Assembly: GCA_963750165.1 (NCBI GenBank)
Contig: CAVVPN010000004.1
Location: 768,001 to 832,000, forward strand
Direction: 5' to 3'
DNA: 64,000 nt
From: an uncultured Gemmataceae bacterium
GTDB taxonomy: Bacteria > Planctomycetota > Planctomycetia > Gemmatales > Gemmataceae
Shown: positions 1 through 11,120 of the stretch, piece by piece
Position numbering within the stretch: position 1 is the first letter of the stretch
Layout: every line of letters begins with the position of its first letter
Made by a program: the position numbers and the translations under genes
Notes under the pieces: model-generated
Told to the model about the DNA's origin: nothing
Database searches by the model: none
Seen by the model: only the letters and a program-made list of their open reading frames with translations

Positions 1-1
1 G

Positions 2-1048
2 TCCGCGCAGCCGCCCGAGCACACCCTGGACGCGCCCACCCCGGCGGCGCTGGCCGACAATCTCCGCCAACTGCTGACCGCCGCCGACCCCGCGCTCGGC
101 TGTCTGACGCCGCGCATGCGCGTCCGCCTCTTCCGCCACGGCCGCGAACTCGCCGCGCCCTGGGTCACGCCCACCCGCTTCGACGAGGCCCGCGCTCACG
201 TGGACGCCTTGGGCGAACTGCTGGCCCGGACGCCACCCGCCCCGCTGAAGGACGTTTGTGCCGTCCTGGTCGCCCTCGGCCACTTCGCCGAGGAAGTTCG
301 ACCCGTCCTCGCCAATCCGGCGGCAGGGGCGCGGCGGGACTGGGCGCGATTGCTGTTCGACAACCTCCAGACACTCGCCCAACTGGCAAGCCGGTCGCTG
401 GAAAAGCAGACGCCACCCGCCCCGCCCCCGGACCCCGTGGACGCCGCGCTGCAAGAACTGGCCGGCCGGCACGCGCTGGCGGGACAGTTCCGGACGCTGC
501 TCGACCTCGCCCGTGCCGTGCGGCCGCTCTGCGCCGGCCGCTGGCCGGAGGCCGAGGCGGCGGTCCAGGGCCTGCACTACCCCGCCGAGCGCTTCCGCAA
601 ATCGGTGCTGCGTGCCGCGGCCGTCGCGCTGGATGAGCAAACGCGCCTGCTGCGCGCCGCCGGTCGCAGCCTGGCGGACGACCTGGTGAACAAGATACGC
701 GCTTTCGACGCCCTGCTGCCAGGCAAGAGCAGCGACGGCCCGTTGCCGCCGCGGGCGCCCGTCCACCTTGGCCCGGAGGAACGCGACCGCCTGTGCCAGC
801 AACTGCGGGCGCTGCGCGAACTGTTGCTGGCGGTCATGCGCGAGCACGGCGGCTACGACGAATACCCCGTCGCCCTGGGCGATACGGTCGCCAAACACGG
901 CGCCGCCCTGGAGGATGTGACGTTCGTGGCGACGCCGCGGCACCGCGCCAACGTGATCTTTCAAATTCTCGAACCCGGTTACGTCCGTCGCCGCGAAGGC
1001 GGCCAGGCGGAGGTGATCCGTTCACCCCGGGTCTGCGCCGCACGCTGA
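2..1048 (+). CDS. Partial CDS (runs off the left edge); helical protein with a GrpE-like C-terminal beta domain
   Basis: Frame is open from position 2. C-terminus GDTVAKH...VIFQILEPGYVRR...EVIRSPRV resembles the GrpE motif (V..V...GY....v(L/I)Rpa.V). Confidence 0.55.
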   Translation, partial: SAQPPEHTLDAPTPAALADNLRQLLTAADPALGCLTPRMRVRLFRHGRELAAPWVTPTRFDEARAHVDALGELLARTPPAPLKDVCAVLVALGHFAEEVRPVLANPAAGARRDWARLLFDNLQTLAQLASRSLEKQTPPAPPPDPVDAALQELAGRHALAGQFRTLLDLARAVRPLCAGRWPEAEAAVQGLHYPAERFRKSVLRAAAVALDEQTRLLRAAGRSLADDLVNKIRAFDALLPGKSSDGPLPPRAPVHLGPEERDRLCQQLRALRELLLAVMREHGGYDEYPVALGDTVAKHGAALEDVTFVATPRHRANVIFQILEPGYVRRREGGQAEVIRSPRVCAAR

Positions 1049-1073
1049 CCGCCTTTCGGGAGGACGCACCCTC

Positions 1074-3062
1074 ATGAGCCCGCGCCGGTTCTGCTGCTGC
1101 CGGCCGGCCGGGCCTCCCTGGCCGACGCGACCCGACGACCGCTTCTGCGGTCAGTGCGGCCGCGAACTCCTCGCCGTGCTGCCGTTCGCTCCCGTCCTGA
1201 CCGCCGGGCCCTCGCCCGTCCTGGCCGCGTATCTGCAACCCGCCGCCCGCTCGCCCCTGGCCGGGCAGCGTTTCCTGACGGGCCGGCTGATGTTGCACCT
1301 GGTCGGCATCGGCGACGCACTCCCGCGCGTCCGCGTCCGGCCGGTCGTGGAACCCGCGCCGCGCCTGCGCTCCGCCCGGCTGTCCGGCCACGCCACGCTG
1401 CAACTCCTCCTGGAAACGTCAGTGGCGACGCCCGTAGCGGCCACGGCGCTCGGTCGCGCCGCGGTCACGGTGGAACTGCACGGCCACGCTTTTTGCCTGG
1501 AAGTGCAGGCGTTCTGCCCTCCGCTCGCCGCCGGGGAACTGCACCTGGAGGTGGAGCGCGGCGGCGCGTTCGCGGACGGCGTGCTGTGGCTGGAGCGCGG
1601 CGGGTCGCTGGTCCGCACGCGGCTGCTCTACACGCCGGCGGGACAGGTGCCGGTGCAGTGGCAGAGCCTGGAGTGCCGGCACCCGGCGGTACGCATGGAG
1701 TTGGTGGGCGAAGTTGCCGCGACGCCGCGGGCCGAGGCATTGGTGACCTGGGATCCCACCTTGCTGCGCCTGGACGAGTCGGGCGAAGAGGTGCTGTTCC
1801 ATCTCCGGCTGCGCGGCCTGCCGCGCCTGGCGTACCCTCTGACCGTGCGCCGCCGCCAGCCAGACGCCCTGCGCTTCCGGCCGGGCGTGCTGCACGTGCC
1901 TCATCAGCCCGCGGAACGCCTGCAAACCCATCTGGTGCAGTTGACCAACACCGACGCCAGCCCCGTGATCGTCGAGCGCGTGGAAGCCTTGGCGCCGTGG
2001 ATCGCCGCGGCGCCGGCGGTGCCGCTGCCGTTCGCGCTGCACACCGGCGACGAGGCCATCCTCACCCTGGACCTGCGGCCCGACCGCCTGCCCGCTGTGC
2101 TGCCTGCCGATGGCGCCGTGGCGGTGGACGTGCGTGACCGCGGCCGGCAGCGGTTGGCGGTGCGCGTCGAGGCGCTGGAGCCGTTGCGGCGCCTGCCCGG
2201 CCCGTTGCTGGTGGACCCGGGACCGCCGCGGGTCGTCCTGGCTTACTGGGACCGCTCCCGGCGAGCGCTGGTGTACCCCGACCGCCACGGCGACGCGGGG
2301 CTGGAGCCGGAGGAACTGGGTCTGACAACGGACGAGTACGCGGCCGCGGTGTACGGCCGGCTGCCCGCTCATTCGCTGGTGCGCTTCCTGGTGGCCGCGG
2401 TGCTGGCGTACTGTCGGCGGCGGTTGCACCTCGACGCCGCGGCCGTGTGCCTGTGCGGCCATCCGTGGGTACCGGCCGACCTGGCGCTGCCGGGCGTGGA
2501 GGTCCACGATTGGTGGCGCGCCGCGGCCGGCGTGGGCGGCGCCCTGTCGCCGGGGACTCCAGTGGTGCGGCTCGACACCTGGGACTGCCGGGCCGTCAGC
2601 GGGGCGGACTTGCCCTCGCTGCGGGCGGCCGTCGTCCGTTGGCTGAGCGTGACCGGCGCGGCTGCCGGTAGTGAGCACGACGCCCCCGGCTGGTTGGAAT
2701 TGGCTTGTGAGAGCCTTTTTGTCGATTACCGCTGGGGGGCGGATTACGCCTGGCGGCGGTTGCAGCGGGCTTGCTGGCGTCACCAGCCCGCGAGCCGGCC
2801 GGCGTTGCCCGTGCCAGCCCAGGCGGATCGGATGCTGGCTCACGCCACCGCGGAAGTGTTCAGCAGGCTGGCGCAACTGCTGGATCCCCTGCCGCGGCCC
2901 GACGGGGCCGCCACGGTCGTGCTCGCGCCCCTGTTCGCCAACTGCCGCCTTGCCCGGCTCGGGGAAGCTGCCGCGACAGCTGCCGGACAGAAGTGGGTAT
3001 GCACCGCCCCGGCCTGGCTGGAGGGCCTGGCCCGATTGCGGGAGGGTGATGGCGACCGCTAG
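1074..3062 (+). CDS. Hypothetical protein: N-terminal Zn-ribbon, Ig-like middle region, degenerate Hsp70/actin-like C-terminal region
   Basis: GGAGG SD before the ATG; C..C/FCGQCG Zn-ribbon; beta-rich VQLTNTDASPVIV repeat; LLVDPGPPRVVLAY resembles the Hsp70 phosphate-1 motif IDxGTT.s.vA. Confidence 0.5.
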   Translation: MSPRRFCCCRPAGPPWPTRPDDRFCGQCGRELLAVLPFAPVLTAGPSPVLAAYLQPAARSPLAGQRFLTGRLMLHLVGIGDALPRVRVRPVVEPAPRLRSARLSGHATLQLLLETSVATPVAATALGRAAVTVELHGHAFCLEVQAFCPPLAAGELHLEVERGGAFADGVLWLERGGSLVRTRLLYTPAGQVPVQWQSLECRHPAVRMELVGEVAATPRAEALVTWDPTLLRLDESGEEVLFHLRLRGLPRLAYPLTVRRRQPDALRFRPGVLHVPHQPAERLQTHLVQLTNTDASPVIVERVEALAPWIAAAPAVPLPFALHTGDEAILTLDLRPDRLPAVLPADGAVAVDVRDRGRQRLAVRVEALEPLRRLPGPLLVDPGPPRVVLAYWDRSRRALVYPDRHGDAGLEPEELGLTTDEYAAAVYGRLPAHSLVRFLVAAVLAYCRRRLHLDAAAVCLCGHPWVPADLALPGVEVHDWWRAAAGVGGALSPGTPVVRLDTWDCRAVSGADLPSLRAAVVRWLSVTGAAAGSEHDAPGWLELACESLFVDYRWGADYAWRRLQRACWRHQPASRPALPVPAQADRMLAHATAEVFSRLAQLLDPLPRPDGAATVVLAPLFANCRLARLGEAAATAAGQKWVCTAPAWLEGLARLREGDGDR

Positions 3063-3152
3063 CGCGGTTCGCAGACGACAGTAGCGGTCGTGTCTTTCGC
3101 CCCGAAGGGGCGGGACAACTTAGCCCCGGGCAACGCCCTGGGAACCAGGGAG
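3059..3152. repeat. MITE/REP-like element, partial copy (family A)
   Basis: 94 bp matching the reverse complement of 18548-18641 with 2 mismatches; begins CTAGCGCGGTTC. Confidence 0.85.
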
Positions 3153-3247
3153 GGCCCAAACCGCCGATGCTCCTCCCGTTCACGGAGAAGCAAAAAGCCC
3201 GAATTGCACGGCTAAAACAAGCAAAAAAAGGACTGAACGGTTTCGGC

Positions 3248-3290
3248 GTTGGGAGCCAAGGGAGCCAACGTTTTCATACGTCGAGATCCG
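3248..3290. repeat. Repeat with 9-mer (GGGAGCCAA)n plus CGTTTTCATACGTCGAGAT
   Basis: The reverse complement matches units at about 47057-47100 and 47164-47211. Confidence 0.7.
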
Positions 3291-3298
3291 AGCCGAGC

Positions 3299-3339
3299 AA
3301 AAAAAACCGGCGGACCTGTTGAGGAACAGGTCCGCCGGT
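3299..3339 (-). terminator. Rho-independent terminator of Gly/Met-rich gene A
   Basis: 15-bp stem ACCGGCGGACCTGTT/AACAGGTCCGCCGGT followed by a T run on the minus strand. Confidence 0.85.
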
Positions 3340-3371
3340 GGAACGTTGCACGCAATTCGCGGCCAGGCAGC

Positions 3372-4479
3372 TTAGAAGCCGCGACCCAGGACCGCACCGC
3401 CACCCATGCCCATGCCACCCATGCCGCCCATGCCACCCATGCCCATCATGCCCGGCATGCCCATGCCACCCATGCCACCCATGCCCATGCCACCCATGCC
3501 GCCCATGCCACCCATGCCGTAGCCACCCATGCCCATGCCACCCATGCCCATGCCACCCATGCCCATGCCACCCATGCCCATGCCACCCATGCCCATGCCA
3601 CCCATGCCGCCCATGCCCATGCCACCCATGCCGCCCATGCCCATGCCACCCATGCCGCCCATGCCGCCCATGCCCATGCCGCCCATGCCCATGCCACCCA
3701 TGCCGCCCATGCCCATGCCACCCATACCGCCCATGCCCATGCCGCCCATGCCACCCATGCCGCCACCCATGCCGTATTGCTGCATCATGCCCTGGGCGCC
3801 GCCCATCTGGCCCGTGCCGCGGCCACTCAGCGACGGGAAGCCGCCCATACCACCCATGCCGCCCATGCCGCCCATGCCACCCATACCACCCATCATGCCG
3901 CCGCCCATACCGCCGCCGTAGCCGCCCATGCCGCCCATGCCACCCATCATGCCGCCGCCGTAGCCGCCCATGCCGCCCATGCCGCCCATCATGCCGCCGC
4001 CCATGCCGCCGCCGTAGCCGCCCATGCCGCCCATGCCACCCATCATGCCGCCGCCCATGCCGCCGCCGTAGCCGCCCATGCCGCCGCCGTAGCCGCCCAT
4101 GCCACCCATCATGCCGCCGCCATAGCCACCCCCGTAGGGGCTACCGTAGGGACTGCCGTAGCCATTGTTGTTGTTGCCCTGGACCAGCGGGCTAAGGTTG
4201 TTGCCGATGATGCCGGTGGTGGTGTTCAGCTGCTGGTTGGACTGGTTCTGGTAGTAGGTGTTGATGTTGTTGTTCAGCTGGTTTTGCGCTGAACGGGTTG
4301 CCCGGCACCGCCGAGTAGACGTAGTAGTTGCTCAGCGTGCGGTTCATCGGCATGTAAGAAGTGGAGATCGGCCGGAGGGTGATGCGTTGGGCGTGGGCGA
4401 CATCCTGGAGAACCAGGACCAAGGCCAGCGTGCAAACTCCGACACAACTGACCTTGCGGGCGGACCATGACGTCTTCAT
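3372..4479 (-). CDS. Exported Q/N/Y-rich plus Gly/Met-rich low-complexity protein, paralog A (apparent +1 frameshift at about 4287)
   Basis: AGGAG SD; signal peptide ending VAHA-Q; conserved QRITLRPISTSYMPMNRTLSNYY domain; continues in the +1 frame as NQLNNNINTYYQNQ...(GGMG)n...VLGRGF. Confidence 0.8.
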
Positions 4480-4772
4480 GAAGCTCCTAGTTTGAGGAAA
4501 TGACAGTTCCGCGTGGCCAACTACCTGCCGGCCCGCTTTTGCACCAACTCCCCGGTCAACACGCGAACCTTCCGGTGGCACGAAGCAAATGCCGGAAATT
4601 TAGATATTTCGCCCAGTTGACGTGCTTGGAGTATTGTCGGCGAAGCTTTATACTTCGTCAATCAAAAACTTCAATTAATTCTAATAATTCCTGAAATTTG
4701 CCAGAAATTGGTTGCCGCGTCTTTGCCAAATGGCTAGCTGACCGTTTCGCAAATTCGCCGCCACTTCTTTCC

Positions 4773-4830
4773 GTGGGGCAGACCTTCCTGTCTGCCGTAA
4801 CCTCAAGGCAGACAGGAAGGTCTGCCCCAC
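4773..4830. repeat. REPIN (inverted pair of GTGG-headed REPs)
   Basis: GTGGGGCAGACCTTCCTGTCTGCC...GGCAGACAGGAAGGTCTGCCCCAC; near-identical copy at 24013-24073. Confidence 0.85.
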
Positions 4831-4960
4831 GTTCGACGGCCAACGGGCAGAACTCCAACCCTTGCTTGCACTTCTGGCTCAGCATCCTGTGCGGTGATGC
4901 TCAGTAAGAGAAGGGACTCGGGAAGCCGCTCCAGCTGCCTGGCGTGTACGGATTGCCAGT

Positions 4961-5000
4961 CAAAACAAACCGGCAGGCGCGAGAAGCCGCGCCTGCCGGT
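4961..5000 (-). terminator. Rho-independent terminator of Gly/Met-rich gene B
   Basis: Stem ACCGGCAGGCGCG/CGCGCCTGCCGGT followed by TTGTTTTG on the minus strand. Confidence 0.75.
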
Positions 5001-5029
5001 CGATGTGCTGCGAGCAGCAATCGGGTGGG

Positions 5030-6140
<1,111 letters not shown>

Positions 6141-6640
6141 GGTGACCCCCTGAAAAGAAACAGATGACTTCCCCAAGAAAGCGATCCGCAGGACCTCTCT
6201 CTCCGCCCGTGGACATCTACCGTCCTTGACCGCCGCGCCGCCACAACCACAGCACCAAGAATGTGATTGACCGGCAATGCCTGCGCAGATTCGATACTAC
6301 CGTATTGTAGCCCTCCATCACGGCGCAAGTCAAAGCGAACTGCGCACGTTTGAGCTGAAAACTGCCCACGCTCGCGCAGCGAACGGAGCAGGTTACTTCT
6401 ACTACCGGTTCCGCGGAAGACTCTTACACGGCAACCGGTGCAAAAGTGCGATGGAGGCGTTGACACAACCAGGGGCCAACCGGAACCCGGAACTAACGGC
6501 ACCGGGCAGGTCAGCCGGCAGGGGCAGTGAAGCGCATCCAGACAAACCTGGGCCGCGCTTGTGGTCAATTTTATAGACGCGATACTCCGCCATTCTTGCG
6601 CAGATTTTTGAAAAAAATCGCTCCGTGGCGGCCGCGATCT

Positions 6641-6695
6641 GAGCCCGAAGCGCAAGCGAGGGTGTAACTGCTTCCCTCGCTTGCGCTTCGGGCTC
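6641..6695. repeat. Palindromic REP-like element
   Basis: GAGCCCGAAGCGCAAGCGAGGG...CCCTCGCTTGCGCTTCGGGCTC; related element at 9273-9317. Confidence 0.8.
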
Positions 6696-6714
6696 CGGAA
6701 GCCGGCGCTGGCGG

Positions 6715-6783
6715 GGGAGCATTGAGGTGCAGAACGCACCGGGGCAGGGCTGCACGTTCACGGTGGCGCTGCCGCTGGCACGG
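6715..6783 (+). pseudogene. Remnant of a histidine kinase HATPase_c C-terminus
   Basis: Translates GSIEVQNAPGQGCTFTVALPLA, matching the G2-box consensus G.I.V.S.PG.G(T/C).F.V.LP; no upstream kinase sequence. Confidence 0.6.
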
Positions 6784-7806
6784 TCACCAGCGCACCAGGG
6801 CGGTGCCCCAGGTCAGGCCCGCGCCGAAGCCACTGAGCACGATCAGATTGCCGGGCTTGATCCGATCCTCGGCCAGGGCCTCGTCGAGCGCCAGCGGCAC
6901 CGAGCCGGCGGAGGTGTTGCCGTAGCGGTCGAGGTTGTTGTAGACACGCTGCCGGGGGATGCGCAGCACGTCGATGGCCGCGTTGATGATGCGGATGTTG
7001 GCCTGGTGCGGTATGTACAAATCTACATCCGTCGGTTTGACGCCGCCGGCGGTGAGCACGTCCTGAATGGTGTCGCACAGGATGCCGACCGCCCAGCGGA
7101 AGACTGCCCGGCCGTCCATGTACATGTAGTGCAGGCCCTTGTCGAGCAGCTCGGCGGTGGGCGGCAGACGACTGCCGCAGGCGGGCCGGCTGAGCAGGTC
7201 GCCACCGCTGCCGTCGGCGCCAAGGCTGTAGCTGAGCAGCCCCTGATCGGGCCGGCCGCGTGTCAACAGCACGGCGCCGGCGCCGTCGCCAAACAGCGGA
7301 TAGGTCTTGATGTCGTTGGGGTTCAGGATGCGCGAGTTGGTGTCGCCGCCGACGATCAGTGCCAGGTCGCTGGCGCCCGAGACCACATAGGCGGCGCCGG
7401 TGATGAGCGCGTACATGAAGCCGGCGCACGCGGCCTGCAGATCGACCGCGGGACAGTTGAGTTTAAGGCGGTCCTGCAGCAGGCAGGCGGTCGAGGGGAA
7501 GGACATGTCCGGCGTGAAGGTGGCGACGAGCACGAGATCGATGTCCGCGGGCTTGACGCCCGCCTGGTCGATGCAGCGGCGCGCGGCCTCGTGGCACAGA
7601 TCGCTGGTGGCCTGGTGCGGCAGCGCGTGGCGGCGCTCGTAGATGCCGGTGCGCTTGACGATCCAGTCGGAGTCAAAGCCGAAGCGCTGGTGCAGGTGGT
7701 CGTTGCTGACGACGGCCTCGGGCACGTAACTACCACTGCCCAGGATGCGGACGCCCGTAAGGCGACGGCACCGTGGGCGTGCCGAGGGAGTGCGTTCTTC
7801 GCTCAT
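6784..7806 (-). CDS. fabH: 3-oxoacyl-ACP synthase III
   Basis: AACAGF (catalytic Cys), PHQAN, GNTSAGS, FGDGAGA and GFGAG motifs. Confidence 0.95.
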   Translation of the reverse strand: MSEERTPSARPRCRRLTGVRILGSGSYVPEAVVSNDHLHQRFGFDSDWIVKRTGIYERRHALPHQATSDLCHEAARRCIDQAGVKPADIDLVLVATFTPDMSFPSTACLLQDRLKLNCPAVDLQAACAGFMYALITGAAYVVSGASDLALIVGGDTNSRILNPNDIKTYPLFGDGAGAVLLTRGRPDQGLLSYSLGADGSGGDLLSRPACGSRLPPTAELLDKGLHYMYMDGRAVFRWAVGILCDTIQDVLTAGGVKPTDVDLYIPHQANIRIINAAIDVLRIPRQRVYNNLDRYGNTSAGSVPLALDEALAEDRIKPGNLIVLSGFGAGLTWGTALVRW

Positions 7807-7897
7807 GACGTTCTCGACTGATGATCGGGCGCGGCGGCCCCGTGGCCCGCGCGGATTATAAATTGAAAGTATACAGCCGCCGCGCGCCACCGGCCAT

Positions 7898-8006
7898 CGC
7901 AAGCGGCGGAGCGCCAGGCCGCAAGCGGCACAAAGCGCGCTAAGCCGCAAGCGGCAGAACTGGAGCGCTCCAACCCGTCTTTCTGCCGCTTGCGGCTTAG
8001 CGCGCT
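7898..8006. repeat. (CCGCAAGCGG)-type palindromic repeat
   Basis: Three CGCAAGCGG units plus inverted arm TTCTGCCGCTTGCGGCTTAGCGCGCT, which overlaps the stop of the neighbouring CDS. Confidence 0.75.
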
Positions 8007-9241
8007 GCCCCTTCGTGCGCCAGATACTGCAGCATGGCCGCCACCGCCTGCTGCGAATAGTCCAGTCGCAGGTCGCCGTCCTGGTGCGACGCGAAGAACG
8101 CCCCGACGATCTCATGGCGGTACGGCTCGCTGAAGTGGCGGGTATTGGTCTCGCCGAACTGCAGCGACATCAGGAACGGCAGCGCCAGCTCCAGCGCTTC
8201 GAGGTAGCGCGGATGACGGCGGGCGTCGCCGGCCTGGCGGGCGGCCCGGCATGCCTCGGCCAGTGCCTCGACGTGCCGCGCAGTGCTGACGTCCGGCGGT
8301 GTGGCCTGCGGCTTGCCGTCAGCGCAGCCCATGAAGCCGCCCAGGTGCGGCCCCACCTGCGTGTACTGGAACTGACACAGCCAGTCGTTCATCTCGAACA
8401 CGGCATCCGCGAACGCCTGTTCCTTGGTCAGCGCAAACGCCTCGGCGTAGACGGCGCTGAAGCGCGGCACATCGGTCAGGTTGCGCTTTGCCCGCCAGCG
8501 CGGCTGGTAGAACGCGAGCGCCTTGCGAGCCATGTCGAGCTTCCACGGGGCCGGCCGTTGCTGGCAGCTGCGCAGCACGCCGTGCAGCGCCTCCGCGGCG
8601 GGCCAGTCCGGCTCGTCCGCGCCGGGCGTTGTGGGCGGCTCGGACGCGCTCAACGAGCCGTCGGGCCGCTGCTGGCGATACAGATAGCGGCACAGCAGTT
8701 CGGCCTGTTCGAGCAGGTCCGCCTGCGCGGCCGGCAGTTCGCTGATGGCACGGATGATGAGACCGGCGGCCGCCAAACGATTGACGGCCGGCGCGGTCGG
8801 GTAGCGGCACTGCGGTGCCTTCGGGTTGTCGGCGGCGGTGTCGAGCAGCAGCCGTAGCGTCGTCTGGGTCGCCAGGGCGGCGGCGTGCTCGTCGCCGAAG
8901 TGGTGGGCGGCGCGGGCCAGGGCCACCGTGGCCGCGGCCTGGCGCAGATAGGGCTCCGGTTTGCTGCGGCCCCACAGCGCCGGCGTGCTGACGTAGCTGA
9001 AGGTGCCGTCGATGCGGTTGGCGCGCTGCAGCCAGGCGGCGCCGGTGCGGGCGCTGAAATACACCTTGAGCGGCAGCGGCTTCAGGTTTTTCACGTCCTG
9101 GCCGAGGTGATGCACCAGGGGCGCCGGCGGCGCCTGGGACGGCACGGTCGGCGCCGGCGGCTGCTGGGCGCTGCTCAGCGCGACCAGGCCGGCGGCCGTC
9201 ACGGCGGCCGCGGCGGTCAAGCAGATGATCCGGGTTCGCAT
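7997..9241 (-). CDS. Exported alpha/alpha-toroid protein (prenyltransferase/six-hairpin-like repeats)
   Basis: Signal peptide; WL...N..DGTF, YL..QQ.PDGS and FL..LQ repeat motifs. Confidence 0.6.
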   Translation of the reverse strand: MRTRIICLTAAAAVTAAGLVALSSAQQPPAPTVPSQAPPAPLVHHLGQDVKNLKPLPLKVYFSARTGAAWLQRANRIDGTFSYVSTPALWGRSKPEPYLRQAAATVALARAAHHFGDEHAAALATQTTLRLLLDTAADNPKAPQCRYPTAPAVNRLAAAGLIIRAISELPAAQADLLEQAELLCRYLYRQQRPDGSLSASEPPTTPGADEPDWPAAEALHGVLRSCQQRPAPWKLDMARKALAFYQPRWRAKRNLTDVPRFSAVYAEAFALTKEQAFADAVFEMNDWLCQFQYTQVGPHLGGFMGCADGKPQATPPDVSTARHVEALAEACRAARQAGDARRHPRYLEALELALPFLMSLQFGETNTRHFSEPYRHEIVGAFFASHQDGDLRLDYSQQAVAAMLQYLAHEGAAR

Positions 9242-9272
9242 CCGCGGGGCCTCCTGCCCTTACTTCGGGTCG

Positions 9273-9317
9273 GAGCCCGAGCGCCAGCGAGGAGGCCCCG
9301 CGCTGGCGCTCGGGCTC
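9273..9317. repeat. Palindromic REP-like element
   Basis: GAGCCCGAGCGCCAGCG...CGCTGGCGCTCGGGCTC. Confidence 0.75.
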
Positions 9318-9331
9318 GGAAAAAATAACCA

Positions 9332-10948
9332 TCACGGCGCCGGGCTGGCGGCCGGCAGCGGCTGGGCGTAGATGACCACGTCGGCACGCACCACCGGGCG
9401 CTGCGGCGGGTAGTGGTACACGACCGCGCCGCCGCGCTCGCGCACCGTTTCCTCCAAATCCCTGCTCCGGAGCCCGTTCGGATCGTTGTCGCGGGCCCGG
9501 GAGACGACGCTGTAGAGCACGCGCAGCGCGCCCGGCGGCACCGGCGGTCGCGGCTTGCTCTCCTCGAACACCAGGCCGGCGTAGTAGTGTGCCCAGCAAT
9601 GGCTGTCCTCAATGAGGTCGTGCGGTTGCAGATGCCCCGCCAGCCACAGACCCGCGGCGTGATGGCCGGCCCGGTTGGCGTGCAGCGGTTGCAGCGTCTT
9701 CGGCATCCCGGAGCCGATCAGCGCCGCCAGCAGTACCAGCGACCACAGCGCCGGCCGTAACAGCAGCCGTTGCGGCTGTCCCGGCGTGGGCAGCAGGCGC
9801 AGCCGATGCAGCAGCCAGGGGGGCGCGTCCAGCAGGAACGCCGCCGCCGGATAGACGCCGCCCATCACCAGCAGCTGAATGTGCCGGTCGGACAGGTAGC
9901 CGACCACCACCGCCAACCGCCACAGCACCAGGGCGTGCAGGCAGCACAGCGTCACCACCGCGCCCATGACCGGTACGCGCCGCGTCCGCCCGGCGTAGCA
10001 GATCATGCCGAGCAAGGTCGGCAGCCAGCCGGCGTAATGGAACGCCTTGACCAGTTCCGCGCCGAGGCTCCACACGCCCAGCCCGAGCCGCTCCAGCGGT
10101 TCGCCGGCGGTCGGCAGCACGACCGCCAGCAGCGGACCGGCCGCCGTCGTGGGCGACTCGTCGGTTTTCTGGCTCAGGAACTGCTGAACGCTGGGCTTGG
10201 TGGAGAAGCGGCCCGTCGCCGCCACGTAGGCGCGCCGACCAGCGCCGCGGCGACGATCAGCGCCAGCCCGCACCGCGCGAACGACCAGCCGGGCCGCCGC
10301 CACACGGGCGACAGACTGCATAACACCCAGCATGAACAGCACGGTCACGACCAGCAGCAACCCCTCGGGCCGTGTCAGGTACGTGAGGCCGCAACAGACG
10401 CCGCACAGCGCGAACCGGAGCGACGAGCGGGTGTCCAGCGCCTGGGCCGCCAGGCACAGCGTCGTCGCCGTCAGCAACAGGAACAGCGCTTCGGACAGGC
10501 CATCGGAGAGGATGTGGCCGGTGACCGGCAGGCACTGGAAGAGCAGCGTCGCCCAGAAGCCGGCGCGGGCGTTGAACAGGCGCTTGCCCAGGTAAAACAT
10601 GGGAAAAATCAACAACACCGCGGCCAGGCCGCTGGCCAGCTGGGCGCTGAGCTGCATGCGCACGGTGTCGGGCCGGTCGATGAGCTGGCGAACCGGTACG
10701 GAGACGGCGAGGACCGTGAGGGGATAGCCGGGGTGCTGATGGTTGGTGCGAACGACCGTTGCCCAGGGGGTGGTCTGGAATTGCAGGGCGTAGCGGATGA
10801 AGCCGATGCTGTCGCGGGCGGCCACCTCGGTGTGGCTGAGCAGCCAGCCGCGCAGCGGCACGGTCAGGGCCAGGAGCAGCAACAACCAGCGAGTGTCGGA
10901 CCAGCGCCGCGGTTGCTGCTCGGGGGTCGCCGCCGCCAGCTCGTCCAT
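9332..10948 (-). CDS. Glycosyltransferase family 39 (ArnT/PMT-like) membrane protein; two compensating frameshifts at about 10230-10305
   Basis: Multi-TM protein with RDS, HPGYP, SE and TRPEG motifs; an alternative frame restores the hydrophobic segment WRRPGWSFARCGLALIVAAALVGA. Confidence 0.8.
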   Translation of the reverse strand: MDELAAATPEQQPRRWSDTRWLLLLLALTVPLRGWLLSHTEVAARDSIGFIRYALQFQTTPWATVVRTNHQHPGYPLTVLAVSVPVRQLIDRPDTVRMQLSAQLASGLAAVLLIFPMFYLGKRLFNARAGFWATLLFQCLPVTGHILSDGLSEALFLLLTATTLCLAAQALDTRSSLRFALCGVCCGLTYLTRPEGLLLVVTVLFMLGVMQSVARVAAARLVVRAVRAGADRRRGAGRRAYVAATGRFSTKPSVQQFLSQKTDESPTTAAGPLLAVVLPTAGEPLERLGLGVWSLGAELVKAFHYAGWLPTLLGMICYAGRTRRVPVMGAVVTLCCLHALVLWRLAVVVGYLSDRHIQLLVMGGVYPAAAFLLDAPPWLLHRLRLLPTPGQPQRLLLRPALWSLVLLAALIGSGMPKTLQPLHANRAGHHAAGLWLAGHLQPHDLIEDSHCWAHYYAGLVFEESKPRPPVPPGALRVLYSVVSRARDNDPNGLRSRDLEETVRERGGAVVYHYPPQRPVVRADVVIYAQPLPAASPAP

Positions 10949-11120
10949 GAGCCACCTCGGGGGTCGGTCGGCTCGTCCGCCGCGATCCGTCGCGCCGGGT
11001 GCCGGGTGCGAAGATCGTAGAACGTTCGCCGCCGCGCGTCAAGGCGGTTCCCGATTTATCGGTTCGCGCGGTCCAGCGCGAACCGAGCCATCAAAACCTG
11101 GACTGGTTGTTCGGTGACTC

